Source: Catajapyx aquilonaris (Eukaryota). Taken from it: DNA of 39,158 nt. Both the position numbers and the translations under genes were made by a program. Positions 1 to 12,084 of this stretch are shown here, piece after piece. Each line of letters begins with the position of its first letter. Position 1 is the first letter of the stretch. The notes beneath the pieces were generated by a model that ran no database searches, was not told the origin of the DNA, and worked only from the letters and a program-made list of their open reading frames with translations. Where the stretch lies: positions 1 to 39,158 of the forward strand of contig KZ538947.1 in the NCBI GenBank assembly GCA_000934665.2, given 5' to 3'.

Positions 1-301
1 GGGGGCGATTCATGGCCTTGGGCATTCAGAGTAGGAATGGGACGTTGCCCAGGAAACCCAAGACAGGTGATGTTTACAGCCAATTGCTCATTATTAGAAT
101 AGTGTTTCAAAGTACTTTCCGCCTCCTGTGGCCAAGGATGACCTCGGAGGTCAAGTCCAATGCGCTAAGAACCTTCCCGGTAAAAAACTACCCCTAGTGA
201 TACCTCTGGGGCATATGTGGAGGCCTCCGTATGGATCTGTTGAGGTCACAGACAGACAGACAGACAGACAGACAGATATACGTCGAGAAATATGTATTAG
301 A
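1..301 (-). mobile_element. Helitron-like non-autonomous element, 5' end with (CTGT)n microsatellite; the other end is not seen in the window
   Basis: The minus strand reads A|TCTAATACATATTTCTCGACGTATATCTGTCTGTCTG..., i.e. a TC start after A with a (CTGT)n tract at 248-276. This layout is known from insect Lep1-type Helitrons. No 3' CTRR end was seen. Confidence 0.35.
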
Positions 302-1141
302 TGTGTGGGGCTCATGTGGGGCTGGCTGAGTTGGGAGATGGATGGGGTCCTGGGGGAAATGGGGTTTTGATGGGCAGGTAGTGTGGGATTGTTCGGGTTA
401 GGTGAGGTTACAAGGGGGTGTGGAGATGACCTGCACATATGCAGATATGGGTCCAGGTTTTGGTCAGGTGTGGGACATTTCATGGTTTGAATATTAATTT
501 ACAGTGGGCAATCCTGCATCTCTGGTCTTAACTGAGAAGTAAATATGTAGGTGCCAAATTGGCAGCCCAGTGTTGCACGATCTTGCAATAATGTTGAGGT
601 TTGGCGTGTGAGTACCAAGCCACTTTTGAAATAATTGCAGTGTTCATTGAAAACTTGCCATCTCCAATAATAATCAAATAGATTGTCTGTGGGTCAAGTC
701 ATAATATGCAGCATGTGCCATCTTATACGCTATATGACGCAAGTGATAAACTTTCAGTCTAGAACCAGAAGTCCTCGAAATGCAGGTAGTGTGCTAGTGG
801 ACCACAAGAGCCTCGATGTTGGCTTCAAATGGATCCTTATTTGATGGTTTTGCCTGCAATTATTTCTTAAAAGCTAGTTGATTTACAAAAAAAGCCCATA
901 TTGCAGCTGTTTAGTGTCAGGCTTCAGGAGTGTGCAAAGTATTCTTTTGTGGTGAAAAACTGCTATAAAGCTGAACTCACCCCTTAATTTCTGAGAATGT
1001 TTCACTAATCAGCAATTTTTCAGATATTTGACAAACAGGAGTAATTTATTGAAGGAAGTAGAGAGTGACTGATGGTTCATGACAGGAGTATTAATATGGT
1101 CATACATTACTCTGTACAGCCTGGAGAAATGTGTCAATTAG

Positions 1142-1290
1142 ATTTTGGTATATAAGGAAAGGAAGGTTGTAAAAATTCATCGCCTGGGAGCAAGAGGTCA
1201 TACATTATGACATAAACATGATAGCCTTGCCCTAGATTCACTTGTGGCCAACCATTTGGGTTTCCCAGAAGGGAGCTTTGTGCGTTGCAG
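1142..1290 (+). pseudogene. PEX1: Degenerate exon resembling the PEX1 N-terminal domain (piece 1)
   Basis: AG acceptor at 1140-1141 and GTAAAA donor at 1291. With a frameshift it reads KFIAWEQEVIHYD / HDSLALDSLVANHLGFPEGSFVRC, similar to the PEX1 segment recalled as FLSW...INRQVGQKLGL. Contains stops and frameshifts. Confidence 0.4.
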
Positions 1291-1667
1291 GTAAAATGTC
1301 ACTTTATAATGAATTGGCATTATACCTGGCGAACCTTTAGGGCTCTATGCTATATTGGAGATTAAGTTTCTTGCAGTGCTGGTTATTATTGCAGGCAAAG
1401 GAATTGTCAAATATTTTAATTCTAGGAGCTATACTGGCGACCAGTAATTGGCCCATGGGGGAGGTGACAGAGGTACTTTCTGGTACTCTCCCTGAAGAGG
1501 GTCACTGTCATAAGTTATTTGAGAAACATTGTTAGAGGATGTACTAAATAAGTTTCTTTTGCCCTATTCCCAATTAAAAATTCTTATGGCTCCAATAAGT
1601 GTATGGGCGCCATCATTAATTTTTCAATCAGTTCAGGCATGTTAGGTGTAGCTGTTAAGCTAATATA

Positions 1668-2689
1668 CAGGGTGGACGGAAAGTTTCGGACCCCCCCCCC
1701 CTCCCCAGGGTTTTTAACCCTACTTTTCACAGCGTCTTTTCACATCTTTTTAAAGTCCACAAGCAGTTCTAATGTACACTATCTTTTGAAGCATAATCTT
1801 GAGAACATATGAACATCTTCGCTCTCGCAATTCCATTAAAACTTCGCCTCTGTGACTCATCTAAACATCCTATCTGTTTTGCGTTATTTTGCTTGTTGCC
1901 TTGGAGGACCCCTGGTCATATTCTGCGTCAGATAAGGTTTTTATGACCCTTTCCCATGAGTTCCCCTTCATGCAAATGTTGTGAACTCACTCCTGACCTT
2001 ATTTTTCGCATTGGTCCATAACCTGGTCCAATAAAAATTTGAAAAGGAATGCATTAAATGGCGGACCCGAATGCATTACTTTCGAATTCTCACATTGGTA
2101 CCATCACATTTGTCTCCATTTTTACTTTATAATAATTTTTTGGTGCGAAAGGACGTGAACGAAAGGATGTGTCATGTGGATTAATTTACCAAGGTAGGAC
2201 TGTTTACTGTCCTTTCCCACCAAAAAATTATTTCAAAGTAAAAATGGAGACAAATGTGATGGTACCAATTCGAAAGTAATGCATCCGGGTCCGCCATTTC
2301 ATGGATTCCTTTTCAAATTTTTATTGGACCAGGTTATGGACCAATGCGAAAAATAAGGTCAGGAGTGAGTTCACAACATTTGCGTGAAGGGGAACTGATG
2401 GAAAAGGGTCATAAAAACCTTATCTGACGCAGAATATGACCAGGTGTCCTCCAAGGCAACAAGCAAAATAAACGCAAAACAGATAGGATGTTTAGATGAG
2501 TCACAGAGGCGAAGTTATTAATGGAATTGCTAGAGCGAAGGTGCTCAGATGTTCTCAAGATTATGCTTCAAAAGATAGTGTACATTAGAACAGCTTGTGG
2601 ACTTTTAAAAGATGTAAAAAGACGCTGTGAAAAGTAGGGTTTAAAAACCTGGGGAGGGGGGGGGGGTCCGAAACTTTCCGTCCACCCTG
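1668..2689. mobile_element. Palindromic Tc1/mariner-type MITE (~1.0 kb)
   Basis: TA|CAGGGTGGACGGAAAGTTTCGGACCCC...GGGGTCCGAAACTTTCCGTCCACCCTG|TA. Near-identical arms of about 480 bp surround a ~55-bp spacer (~2154-2209). TA TSD. Confidence 0.9.
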
Positions 2690-4015
2690 TAGTATAAATA
2701 TGGGGGAAGGGGAATTCTGCACCTTCCAATATTGTCATGAATATCAAACCCTGATTTTCACTACTTAGGCAAGAGATAGGATATAAAGTTTTCACGCTGA
2801 TGTTATTAGCTACAATCTTCCCTGAAAGTTTTTGGGAGCAGCAGCAAAATCGAGCCTTAAAGGGATCCCTTGTGCTTTGAATTTAAGTGTAGGAAATGCA
2901 AAGGAGCCTGTCTGTTGCCATAAGATTAATACATATTTACCATGAGGGACCACTGTGCAAATTACACTGACAAGGGTACATTTTCTCGGGTTATGATATG
3001 AGTTTCAATAAGTATTTTCGCCGCCGATTCCAGATATGTAATTAGAATATTTTGCTGTCAGGCACAGTTTTTGAGATATATCATTTTAAAGTTTGGTACG
3101 GTTTACTAGGGGACTTTCCGAATCAAGTGGGCCTAAATGTTGCTAGACCGGCTCGGATCATGGTGAAAATAATCGCAGATGTACTCAGCCATATTGCGAA
3201 ATACCACGACGAGGAAAAAAAAGCGTAAAAATCTGGAAATGGCTGAAAATGAGGCGGTTTTGGGGAATTTGTTTCTGTTAGTGGAAGTGGTCAAAACCCA
3301 ATGAACAAATATATATCAAAAGATGCGCCGATGGAATATTGGGTTTCCTCTCAAATGTAAAAAGAAATTATTATAGCATTTCATTGGTCACTTGCTCAGT
3401 CACATGCCCAAGAATTTCGACCTCAACAATTAGTGATGTATTTGCGTTATACATCAGTAATGTTGTATTTGGTGACACGAGTTCTGACGGACATAAGGTT
3501 CAGTATGTTAATAAGTTTGAGGCGTGGGTCATGCATGGTTCGCGAGAAAGTAACAGATGTGTTTTGCAGATATACCGTTAATTTCACTCTTCTACAAAAA
3601 AAAAACCCCCTTTTTGGTCTTTCTGAAGATGTGAATAGTAGAATTGTGCTGTCAGGCACAGTTTTTTTTTTTGTTTTGTTTTTAGATATACTGCATTTAT
3701 ATATAGGTATGTGAAACCCACATCGAATTGAACTCTTATGGAACAATCAGTTTTACCAGATTAAATTTAGTTATCGAGTTATTAATATTTCTTTGAAGGG
3801 GTACCAAAATCACAATCACGCGAAGAGGCACTTTTTCCCGCTTTTTCCATTGCTTTCAATGAGGATATCTCGGGAACTGTTCAGAGAACCAACATGAAAT
3901 TTTTAACTCATGCTTTTGGAATGACACGCTGTTATGTCATGCATAAATTTACCTCATTTAATGGTACAGTCACCTGCAAAAAAATCTCCAACATTGCATA
4001 TTTTGGTCAAAATTC

Positions 4016-6061
4016 GCATATTTCGCAATTTATTACGGCGTTATGGTAAACGTGACGGTTATGCCGATTATATTTTGTGATATACTCGGTGACCCCCTCC
4101 AGGCTATGAAATAAAATCTTCGTTAGCTCCGCGTGTAGTTGAGATATGAGAGGTGAAAATATGGCAACAAGCGAAAACATGCATATTTCAAAAATTATTT
4201 TCTCAAAAAAGCCATTTTTTAAAATTTATTTTTATTTTTTATTTTACAAGGAAAGGCATGGCATAAAATTACCTGGTGTCAAAACCCCGTACATGTTTTT
4301 TATACGTGAGATACAAATTTTTGAAAAGTCAACTTTTGTAATTGTGCTACAAAATGCACAACTCAAATAAATATTTTCTCGAAGAAGCCATTTTAAATAT
4401 TTTATTTTTATTTTTTTTATTTTATAAGGTCGGACATGTTATAAAATTAAGTAGTGTCAAAACCCGGTATATATTTCTTATACGTGAGATATAAATTTTT
4501 GTAAAGTAACAACATTCGAAATTGGGCTACAATATGCACACTTAAAATAAATATTTTCTCGAAGAAGCCATTTTGAAAATTTAATCGTTATTTTTTGTAT
4601 AACAAAGTAGCATGAGTTCGATTATAAAATTATATCAAAATTCGGTATATATTTGTATTCAGTGAGACACGATTTTTTTACAGTGATGGTTTTTGTTTCT
4701 ATGCAACAACGTGCACATTTCAAAAATTAATATATGGAAAACGCCATTTTTAATATGCAATATTCTTTTATACTTCATAAAGGAAAGACCGGTTCTGTCA
4801 TATAAAATAATATAAAAACCTGGTATAGATTCTTAATGATACAAATTTATGAAAAGTGGAAGCATACCGGAAGCAAAAAAAAATATGAATGGGCAGCCAT
4901 TCCAGCAGCGAAAGGGATTCAAAGTTGCCATCATTGGTTCGTGGACAATGGATGTACAATAATGACACGGACATATACTTCTCCTGACAAGAGGAAGTTC
5001 CCTACTATATAGACTAATGAAATTCACAACAAAAGTTAGACTATATCAGTTCACGCATATTAATATGCGAACAACTGTACCCAAGTCTATGAGATAGGAT
5101 ACGGAGTATTGCAACTGACGAAATATAAATAAATTTCACTATTGTTATAATTCATTATGAGTTTATAACTTTAGAAGTAACTGCAAGGGTGTTGAAAGAC
5201 ACTAAACGAAAGCAAAAATACCACTTTTCATTTTGTACCATCAAGAATCTATACCAGGTTTTTATATTATTGTATGACAGAACTGGTCTTTCCTTTATGA
5301 AATATAAAAGAATATTGCATATTTAAAATGGCGTTTTCCATATATTAATTTTTGAAATGTGCATGTTGTTGCATAGAAACAAAAATCATCACTGTAAAAA
5401 AAATCGTGTCTCACTGAATACAAATATATACCGAATTTTGATATAATTTTATAATCGAACTCATGCTACTTTGTTATACAAAAAATAACGATTAAATTTT
5501 CAAAATGGCTTCTTCGAGAAAATATTTATTTTAAGTGTGCATATTGTAGCCCAATTTCGAATGTTGTTACTTTACAAAAATTTATATCTCACGTATAAGA
5601 AATATATACCGGGTTTTGACACTACTTAATTTTATAACATGTCCGACCTTATAAAATAAAAAATAAAAATAAAATATTTAAAATGGCTTCTTCGAGAAAA
5701 TATTTATTTGAGTTGTGCATTTTGTAGCACAATTGCAAAAGTTGTGACTTTTCAAAAAATTTGTATCTCACGTATAAAAAACATATACGGGGTTTTGACA
5801 CCAGGTAATTTTATGCCATGCCTTTCCTTGTAAAATAAAAAATAAAAATAAATTTTAAAAAATGGCTTTTTTGAGAAAATAATTTTTGAAATATGCATGT
5901 TTTCGCTTGTTGCCATATTTTCACCTCTCATATCTCAACTACACGCGGAGCTAACGAAGATTTTATTTCATAGCCTGGAGGGGGTCACCGAGTATATCAC
6001 AAAATATAATCGGCATAACCGTCACGTTTACCATAACGCCGTAATAAATTGCGAAATATGC
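4016..6061. mobile_element. Foldback-like element: ~840-bp near-perfect inverted arms built from ~180-bp subrepeats
   Basis: Arms 4016-4859 and 5221-6061 are reverse complements around a 361-bp spacer. The motif TTTTCTCGAAGAAGCCATTTT recurs at about 4198, 4374 and 4554, and degenerately at ~4735. No TSD was identified. Confidence 0.85.
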
Positions 6062-6777
6062 CTTTTTTCACTCACTGGCTGATCTGAAATGGAACCACCC
6101 TGTAGACTATTGGTGTACACTTCAGAGCAGAACTTCATATGGCAGGAGCAATAATCGACAAAAGACCTGCCAAAAAACTTACTTTTGAGTATGCAAAAAC
6201 ACCTCAGCCACTCACTACCTCCAAAATGGCTACCTGCTACTGTCTGCTTCCAACTAGGGGACATATGCATTCTTTGATTCAGGAAGTAGCCGCTACATGT
6301 CAACACGAACTGTGGTACATTGAGTGTTCCAATATACATTGTACTCAAGGTACAACACTCTCCCCTATTAGTAAATGCAGTACATCTCAAAAACTGCCTG
6401 ACAGCACAATTCTAAGTGCCGATTTGGAATCAGGGCGAAATGTACTATAAGAAACACTATTCACATATTCAGAAAGAGCAAAAGGGTTTTTTTGTTGTTG
6501 TTTTTATTTGTAGACGAGTCTGCAAAACATATTTTCTCGCGAACCATGCATGACCCAAGCCTCAAACTTAACATACTGAACCTTATGTCCGTCACAACTG
6601 GTGTCACCAAATATGACTGATGTAACGCAAATACATCACTAATGGTTGAGGTCACAATTCTTGGGCATGTGACTGAGCAAGTGACCAATGAAATGCTATA
6701 AAACTTTATTTTTACATTTGAGAGGAAAACCAATTCCAAAGGCGCATTTTCCTATTGTTTCTCTTTCTATTGATATA

Positions 6778-6987
6778 CAGGGTGTCTCAACTTTTTTGTC
6801 CGAACAGTTATCGGAAATATTGCACTAAGCTGCTTATTTGTTAGCAGTGACTTGCAACCAGTGATGCTTCCGTGGCTTTATCAGTTGAGGGATGGACCAG
6901 GAATGTTGGGGCATATTCTGGCTACATAGCTATAAGCTACATAGGCTTTCCCGATAACTGTTCGGGCAAAAAAGTTGAGACACCCTG
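6778..6987. mobile_element. Tc1/mariner-type MITE (210 bp)
   Basis: TA|CAGGGTGTCTCAACTTTTTTG(T/C)CCGAACAGTTATCGG TIRs with a TA TSD. It interrupts the right copy of the 3279/7020 inverted repeat, whose left copy lacks it. Confidence 0.9.
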
Positions 6988-7279
6988 TATATGTTAATTG
7001 GCTTTTGACCACTTCCACTACCTTTAAAAATTGTACAAAAATCCCGAGGTAATCCGAATGTACCGAATTTCAAGAAAACCGGTGAGACCTTGGAAAGTGT
7101 CCCTTGTGAGTTCGAGAGGTCATAACTTTTTACCTTGTGGGCATCCGCCAATTTTTTTTGTATTTTCATTAATAACTTATCATTACTATGTCATTGTGCC
7201 AAGTTTGATTCAGAAACGCCATTGACAACACTTACACTTCCCTTGTAAGATACGTAGCCTACGTCTTGAGCACTTTTAG

Positions 7280-7366
7280 AGTTGAGAAGGACCTTTCTGC
7301 AGTACAAGTTGTAACTGGCAGTGTTGCCATTACTTGGAGAAGCTTACTGATGACTGGGAACAATAT
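7280..7366 (+). pseudogene. PEX1: Degenerate exon resembling the PEX1 N-terminal domain (piece 2, DDWE motif)
   Basis: The TTTTAG acceptor is in the right phase to join piece 1 (C-R-VEKDLSAVQVV). Frameshifted continuation gives VLPL and TDDWE (GATGACTGGGAA at 7349-7360), matching the PEX1 motif V.VEPLSADDWE. Confidence 0.45.
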
Positions 7367-7672
7367 TATTTATTGTTGCATATATTGGAATATCTTAATG
7401 TGGCACTCTACCTCTCTATGGCTTAACTGCAGCTGAAGCCTTGAAGCCTTGAAGTTTTAGTTCATCCTCAATTCTGGCACTCAGGCTTTAAAAATCTGCA
7501 AGTTTTTTTGACAGAATCAAAAACATCCCCTCTTCTGCCAGCTTCATCAGAAAGGAGATATTGAAATGGCCCTAAGTGTCTAAGACATTTTGATATTATT
7601 AGTAAATTTGGGCTGAAAAGAGGAAATAGAATCATTGAGAAAAGTAATACACTGTATACTGATCTACTGTAG

Positions 7673-7835
7673 TATTCCTGTATGCTGTCTGACTACCAGG
7701 TTTGACTACCAGGTTCAGGTCCAAATAATGGATCGCTTGCAGATATTTTGGTAATGAACGCACGTCTTGTCATTGGCCTGGACAATACGCAACAGGGGGG
7801 ATAGTATGGAAGCTTACTGCAAGAGAACATGAAGA
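7673..7835 (+). pseudogene. PEX1: Degenerate exon resembling the PEX1 N-terminal domain (piece 3)
   Basis: After a CTGTAG acceptor it reads LYAV, then QVQVQIMDRLQIFW*, then YGSLLQENMKI. These are colinear with PEX1 LHAVSLEQHLLDQIRIVF...YGRLETDTKLLI. A 13-bp tandem duplication (TGACTACCAGGTT) and stops disrupt the frame. Confidence 0.4.
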
Positions 7836-7979
7836 TTAATAACAATTTCAGATCTGCATATCGCACTTGAAAGGAGTTCTGTTTAGGTGGCTGGAGTTTT
7901 GTCGTTGCAAGTTCACAAGCAATAATTCCACTGTGTTGCCAACATTAGCGGTTTTTCGATTATTCTAGACTATCTAGAG

Positions 7980-8050
7980 CAGTGCTTCCCAATCTTTTTC
8001 GTTGGCGATCCCAGAAAATAGATGTGTAAAAGTAAAATTCGCGACCCCCA
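7980..8050 (+). mobile_element. Orphan hAT (Charlie-like) terminus
   Basis: CAGTGCTTCCCAATCTTTTT is directly preceded by ATCTAGAG, the NTCTAGAN-type target preferred by Charlie hATs. No partner end was found. Confidence 0.45.
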
Positions 8051-8773
8051 CTTCTAATTCATTCCCTAGGTGGTAGTCAATTACAATAATCGTTTACGGG
8101 CAAGTTTTTCCAGAGTGATAGGATCAATTTGTTAAAATAACTAGTTACTCTCCCTCGCGATCCAAAAACGGAAAAACCCCCTTCAGAACAGTGCAATTTT
8201 GCTATTTTATAGAAATCTAGAGGTTTTTTTGTCGTTTTTTTTTCTCTGTGGGGGGGGGGAGGGGGTTAACCCGTAACGCGGAAATAGCCATGAATTCCCA
8301 TGCACAAAAAACTTGTTACATAGCGTAATTTAATGAAAGTTGTTTATAATGAAGATTTTTCACTCCATCTACAGGTGTATTTTACCGTCCTTGAGTACCA
8401 TGTGCATTTAAAGCAGCGCCCGCGTGGTTACGTCATGCGAAAAGACGAGCCATTTCTCCGCGTCCTGCTGGAGGACGGAAAACGAACGGTCAGTATTACC
8501 TCGAAATATTGGTTATGCCCTGCAAATTATGTTTTGTTGATGGCGAAAATGTGCTCCGTGGGTAATACTGGCATAAATACCAGTGAAATCCACTTTTTTG
8601 TTATTTGTTTTTGTTTTTTGTTTTTGTTTGTTTTTAAAGGTTTGGAGATGAACGAAGGCGAAGATTTGACCATGCACTTGTTTACATGCTATTGAAGACG
8701 GAGACACTTGGCCTCCTGGCTCATTGTGAATCTATAGGACTAAATGGACTTCACTTGGCAAGAGTAAAAAATA

Positions 8774-9178
8774 CAGGGTGGACCAACTCCAAGTGTCGTT
8801 TTATAACGGCTATTAATAGAAGCGCTTTACGATTGACGTAGCAGCGACGTGTAAAATGGCCCACTTCGGCGCCATCGAAAATATTAGCTGCCAATAGCAG
8901 CACACATGTAATGAACCCTGTCCAACCACATGCGGCATCAATGCCAATCTGATGCCTTGTGCGTCACCCATTTCACTCAGACGCATCGCAGGTCATGTGT
9001 GCACCTCCTTTTTTCCAGGTCAACCCAGCAGCAGTGCTGATTACATGTGTGCTGCTATTGGCAGCTAATATTTTCGATGGCGCCGAAGTGGGACATTTTA
9101 CATGTCGCTGCTACGTCATCGCAAAATCACTGCTATTAATCGCCGTTATAAAACGACACTTGAAGTTGGTCCACCCTG
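8774..9178. mobile_element. Tc1/mariner-type MITE (405 bp)
   Basis: TA|CAGGGTGGACCAACT...AGTTGGTCCACCCTG|TA with ~140-bp inverted arms and a TA TSD. Confidence 0.9.
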
Positions 9179-9367
9179 TATAACTTATCAGATGAGCGCC
9201 TAATAGCTTCAGCAGCGCGCCATTTTCATGAGTGATTTAATTTTTGCGGCCAAAGTCAGATATTCGACACTAGATGGCTACACATATTGAGGCCAGATAG
9301 TAATCATGGGATACCAACAGATTACAGTTCTGCTGGAATCACTAGTTGGCTCCACAATATTTTTTTT

Positions 9368-10364
9368 CCTGATGTCGACATAATGGGGAAGTAGCCTTGG
9401 TCTGGGATTTGGGATTTTTGTTCATAACTAGCTAGCCCATGCCTGTAAACATACATTCCATCACTCTGTTGCATCAAAATGACATTACTGGATAAATTAC
9501 GGCACATTTAAAAGTGCCTTCAAAATTGGCGGGAAAAACGGGCAGCCGGGTGGTGCCAATCGAAAGAGTACACTGAAATGCCTGGTTGACTGCGAGATAT
9601 GAGGAATTTGACTTTGAATTGAGTGGGTCAGGACAATAACGGCATATCCCAATCGCAATTGATTTTGAGATAATCGAGGTTACAGGAATGTGAATCATAC
9701 ACAGGTTATAGGAATGTGAATCATACACAGGTTATAGGAATGTGAATCATACACAGGGGTATAGAAACGCAATGGCCCATCCCAACTCTCTCAAAACTTA
9801 TGGAACAGATTCATATATGTCTCTAGCATGCACATCTACCAATAACTCAAATTCGACCCTTGGTTGGGATATGCCGTTATTGTCCTGACCCACTCAATTA
9901 ACCGCGGACACGACGGAAAGCATTCGCAAGGCGGCTGTAGGCCATCGAGGTGGAGAAAAGGGGCCTTCATGTGCCGAATTCGGGTGACAGATAATTCCTA
10001 CCAGTTGGCACCACTGTCAGCCCAGAAGCGGTTTGAGCGGCCTGGAATAAATACGCGCCCCGGCCGCTATCTTGCTCACGGAATGCAAGCGGAATGGGAC
10101 GGTTGCTAACAACAGCGAAGCATTTTACAACAATGACGGGGCGCGTTCTATAACACCATTTTTGCGTTCATTTCACTTCGCGTGACGTCAACATTTTCGA
10201 GGCAAACAGTGACGTCACCATTTGCCTACGAAAAAACGCCAATATCTCCGGAACTGAAACTGATTTCTTAAAACGGAATACGCCAAAAAAATCCAAAAAA
10301 TATGGGCGAATTTATTATGTAGTTTCCAAAATGAAGGCTACTTCCCCATTATGACAACATCAGG
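9368..10364. repeat. Nested inverted repeats with an internal 26-bp tandem array; probable decayed DNA transposon
   Basis: 31-bp IR at 9368-9398 / 10334-10364 (2 mismatches). Perfect 36-bp IR at 9617-9652 / 9864-9899. About 3 copies of AGGAATGTGAATCATACACAGGTTAT at 9684-9757. Confidence 0.7.
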
Positions 10365-10867
10365 TCTCATGAGGATATAGTGACGTTCACTCACTTTCTG
10401 TGCCAAAGAATCACTTTTTTTTCTCATCCTACGCGGTACAGTACAGTATCTTGGAAAAATCTGGTTCAGGAGCAATGCACTGGTATATACGGTACGTATA
10501 TCATTACACTCTGCCTAAAGCCCTAAACGATACTCGCCCAACGACATCTCGTTCAATGTGTGTACAGTATATAGTTACAGGATGATGCACTGCCCAAGGA
10601 ACCCATCCAGCATGGCAAAAAAATATATTAATGTCCGCGATGATAGATCGGTTTCCCTTCGAGATGCACATTAGTGTGAAAAAGTAAATAAATAAAAATA
10701 TTTCAAGCCTAAGACTACCGTAAACAGAGAATCTGGACTGCCTTACGTAGACTTTGTTTACATGACCATGGGATACAAATATCATACATCATATAAATGT
10801 ACATACTGTAGTCGTGCAATAGCATATGTTACAGACCATGGGAAAAACAAACTCCAATAGTTGTTCG

Positions 10868-11473
10868 TTTGGACTGATACAGTTTGGACAAGTTGCAGTT
10901 TGGACGAACAATCCGTGGCGGACGAAAATCCTGTCGGTCGCATGTTTTTGGACGAATATTGTTTGGGTGAAGTGTTGTGTTCCCAAGTGCATCATTATAA
11001 CGTCTGCTCCTCATTCGTTGGTTCCAAAAAGAGTACTGCGAGTGTGTTCTCAGAATCTCCCCCTCCCCCTCTGCCACACTTTCGACCCGGGTATCAATCA
11101 TGGTATCAATCATACCAATTCGCCCGAAGCAAACTCGCCCGAAGCAAACTCACCCGAGCTAGAGACGTTCGGGTTACTCACTCCTGGTATCGCGCAGTCC
11201 TTCGGAAGAAAATTCACCCTGGATGTATTATTGGTAATTAAAGACATGTCACTCTGATATCTGTTAGATGAAGGATGGATCTCACTCGGCGTGGCGTCGA
11301 AAGCGTCGTTAGCCGTCGCCACTGACGAAGACTGACGTCGACGAGGAGCGCTCTCGCATGGTCGAGTTAATATTGATGTGTCGAGAATGTAATCATAGGC
11401 AAGGGGCACGGTTCTGAACTGTAACCTAACCAACCTTAGGGTGAGTTTGCATCGGGCGAAGTGTGACGGAACC
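10868..11473. repeat. 15-bp-period tandem arrays in opposite orientations (foldback/MULE-like termini)
   Basis: Degenerate TGGACGAA-type units at 10868-10975. TCGCCCGAAGCAAAC occurs about 2.7 times at 11120-11158, with an inverted counterpart GGGTGAGTTTGCATCGGGCGAA at ~11439-11460. Confidence 0.55.
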
Positions 11474-11957
11474 CTCGACCAGCACCTGCAGTTCTGCTTA
11501 TTCACTTCCCCAATCTCGTACACAGCCTCCTTTGGCTGCAGACTTTTTGCATGAGCATGTTGGAGTAGAATTTAGCCTTCTCGACGCTGCATTTTGATGG
11601 AATGCAAATGATTTTCAACATAATATATAATGAACTTATGTCATGAATTTCCAGGGGACGGATTGGACGAAGCGCCATTTGGTGTATAAAGGTAGATTCA
11701 TTAAGCCTACTGACACTCCGACGACACTCAAAATTCCTGAAGAGGGGGCGTTAATCGACGTTTTTCCCAAGGCAAAACACGTCTACATATGGTAAGCACT
11801 CCTCTTCCTTTTTTTTTTTTCTATATCCATGATTGGGGGACAAATTTTCCCCTTTTAGAGTAAAATGGTACTAACTTACTAGCTGAATATCTTCTGCATA
11901 CAAGTGAAACACATTAAATCCAATTTTGTCGGGTTTGAGGAATTTTCATCATAACTA

Positions 11958-12084
11958 AGGGCTGGTTTCACCGAGCTTGGTATATGATAAAACCAGGTTT
12001 CTTTAGGAAAATCCATACAAATAGATAGGGATTTTGAGAAATACCCTGGTTTTATCATATACTGAGCTCGGTGAAACCGGCCCT
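11958..12084. mobile_element. Small MITE, PIF/Harbinger (Tourist)-like
   Basis: AGGGC(T/C)GGTTTCACCGAGCT...TATATGATAAAACCAGG TIRs of about 40 bp. Flanks are CTAA/TTAG, so the TSD is ambiguous (TA, or a mismatched TWA). Confidence 0.75.

Larger units (their letters stand above)
3279..7020. repeat. Diverged inverted pair of a DNA-transposon-like repeat (about 3279-3660 versus 6390-7020)
   Basis: TAGCATTTCATTGGTCACTTGCTCAGTCACATGCCCAAGAATT (~3374) is reverse-complemented at ~6655-6698, and TAGTGGAAGTGGTCAAAA (3279) at ~7003-7020. A third fragment lies at ~19299-19340. Confidence 0.75.

Noticed and set aside
9684..9757. CRISPR-like array (also considered at 10868-11158 and 31759-31856)
   Set aside because: These are head-to-tail tandem repeats without unique spacers, in a eukaryotic context with no cas genes.
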